A stretch of 64,000 nt of DNA from an uncultured bacterium (GTDB lineage Bacteria > Desulfobacterota_D > UBA1144 > Nemesobacterales > UBA2774), in assembly GCA_963825135.1 (NCBI GenBank), contig CAWGRW010000009.1, positions 1,760,001 through 1,824,000 on the forward strand, in the 5' to 3' direction. Below the pieces are notes generated by a model, which worked only from the letters and a program-made list of their open reading frames with translations, ran no database searches and was not told the origin of the DNA. Position 1 is the first letter of the stretch, and each line of letters starts with the position of its first letter. Shown here in pieces: positions 63,148-64,000 of this stretch. Position numbers and translations under genes: made by a program.

Positions 63148-64000
63148 TTAACTAAGCCATCCCGAAAGGTCGCGGCTTATTAAATTCTCCAGCTTTAAGA
63201 TGTCGTCCCTATAAATTTCGATTAGATGCTTTCTAGTCTCATGTTTCATGCTGAGCGCGTTCTTGTGCATAAAGTAGTTGACGAGGGCTTCGGTGTATCT
63301 TTTTCCGATGGTGTTTAGCAGCATGGGGCGGAGCGCTTTTTTGACCGGATGATCGTATTTAACGAGAAAATCCTCAAACGACTTATTATGCACCGATGGG
63401 CCGACATTATACTTGACAGCCGTATTGGGAGTAAAATCCTCATCTACACCAAGGAATTTATAGATGCCCTTCGTAACATTTAACGGGTTTTCAGCAAAAT
63501 CATCATAAAGGCAGATTTTCACATTTCCCCTTCCGAATGAATCGATATAATGCCTAACCTGTTCATAATAAAATCCCACGTCTCTGTAATACCATATGAA
63601 TTCGTAGTTCTTTTTCCTCCTCGAGTCTTCGGATTTAAGGGCTTTCTCGAACGAGAGATTTTCTCTTTTGTCCATTATCATATGACGATACGCCGAATAT
63701 GCCCTGTCGACTGGGTTCCTGAGCATTATTAATATCTTTGCCTGTGGGCAGAACGTTTTGATCTGCGGGATAACAGAATTATGGAAATACAGATAATCCG
63801 CGGAAGATTCGCCGATAACTTTCTCGCTACTCGCATCTTTAAACAGGTTCAGGTACTCCTCTCTGGACTTGATTATTCTGTCGTCGACTCTTTTGTCTCC
63901 CGGGCCGTTATGGGGGAATTTATTTGCGGGTATCGATAGATATTTCGGTTCTTTCTGGAAACTCATATAGATTTCCGGATGTTGAAAAAGATAGACATGC
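63148..64000 (-). CDS. PAPS-dependent sulfotransferase (5' end outside window)
   Basis: Frame open to the window edge (YLFQHPEIYMS..KEP), GESSADYL, LRNPVDRAYS. Confidence 0.88.
   Translation of the reverse strand, partial: HVYLFQHPEIYMSFQKEPKYLSIPANKFPHNGPGDKRVDDRIIKSREEYLNLFKDASSEKVIGESSADYLYFHNSVIPQIKTFCPQAKILIMLRNPVDRAYSAYRHMIMDKRENLSFEKALKSEDSRRKKNYEFIWYYRDVGFYYEQVRHYIDSFGRGNVKICLYDDFAENPLNVTKGIYKFLGVDEDFTPNTAVKYNVGPSVHNKSFEDFLVKYDHPVKKALRPMLLNTIGKRYTEALVNYFMHKNALSMKHETRKHLIEIYRDDILKLENLISRDLSGWLS

Overview
Mostly ordinary bacterial chromosome. Gene style resembles Deltaproteobacteria/Desulfobacterota; the taxon is inferred, not demonstrated. Core content: trxB, a YgfZ-type folate protein, mreBCD-mrdA-rodA, a complete SCO-coxBACD-ctaAB (caa3, type A2) oxidase operon, pepF, recG, sucAB, a Gld-like ABC system, aspS, era, hisIE and rpoZ. 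The tail holds three GT-C glycosyltransferase paralogs, an arylsulfotransferase and two sulfotransferases. The unusual part is an accessory region at about 20.5-30.2 kb around tRNA-Pro(CGG). An AT-rich 5.7 kb island there is bounded by a perfect 90-bp duplication of the tRNA promoter plus 5' half, not the usual 3' end. It carries one 1571-aa protein with an N-terminal nucleoside 2-deoxyribosyltransferase/TIR-like domain and two arrays of 47-aa TPR repeats, a candidate one-gene sensor-effector defence system. Nearby are further tRNA 3' fragments, two small secreted triple-repeat proteins and an atypical sigma70 factor with sigma54-type promoters. Other highlights are an FpoF/FrhB-like subunit translationally coupled to a 2-oxoacid:ferredoxin oxidoreductase, and a tandem pair of FmdB-like zinc ribbons with an identically sized inserted domain. 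Three genes are frameshifted at short G/C runs, probably by sequencing errors. All calls come from reading motifs; no database searches were run.
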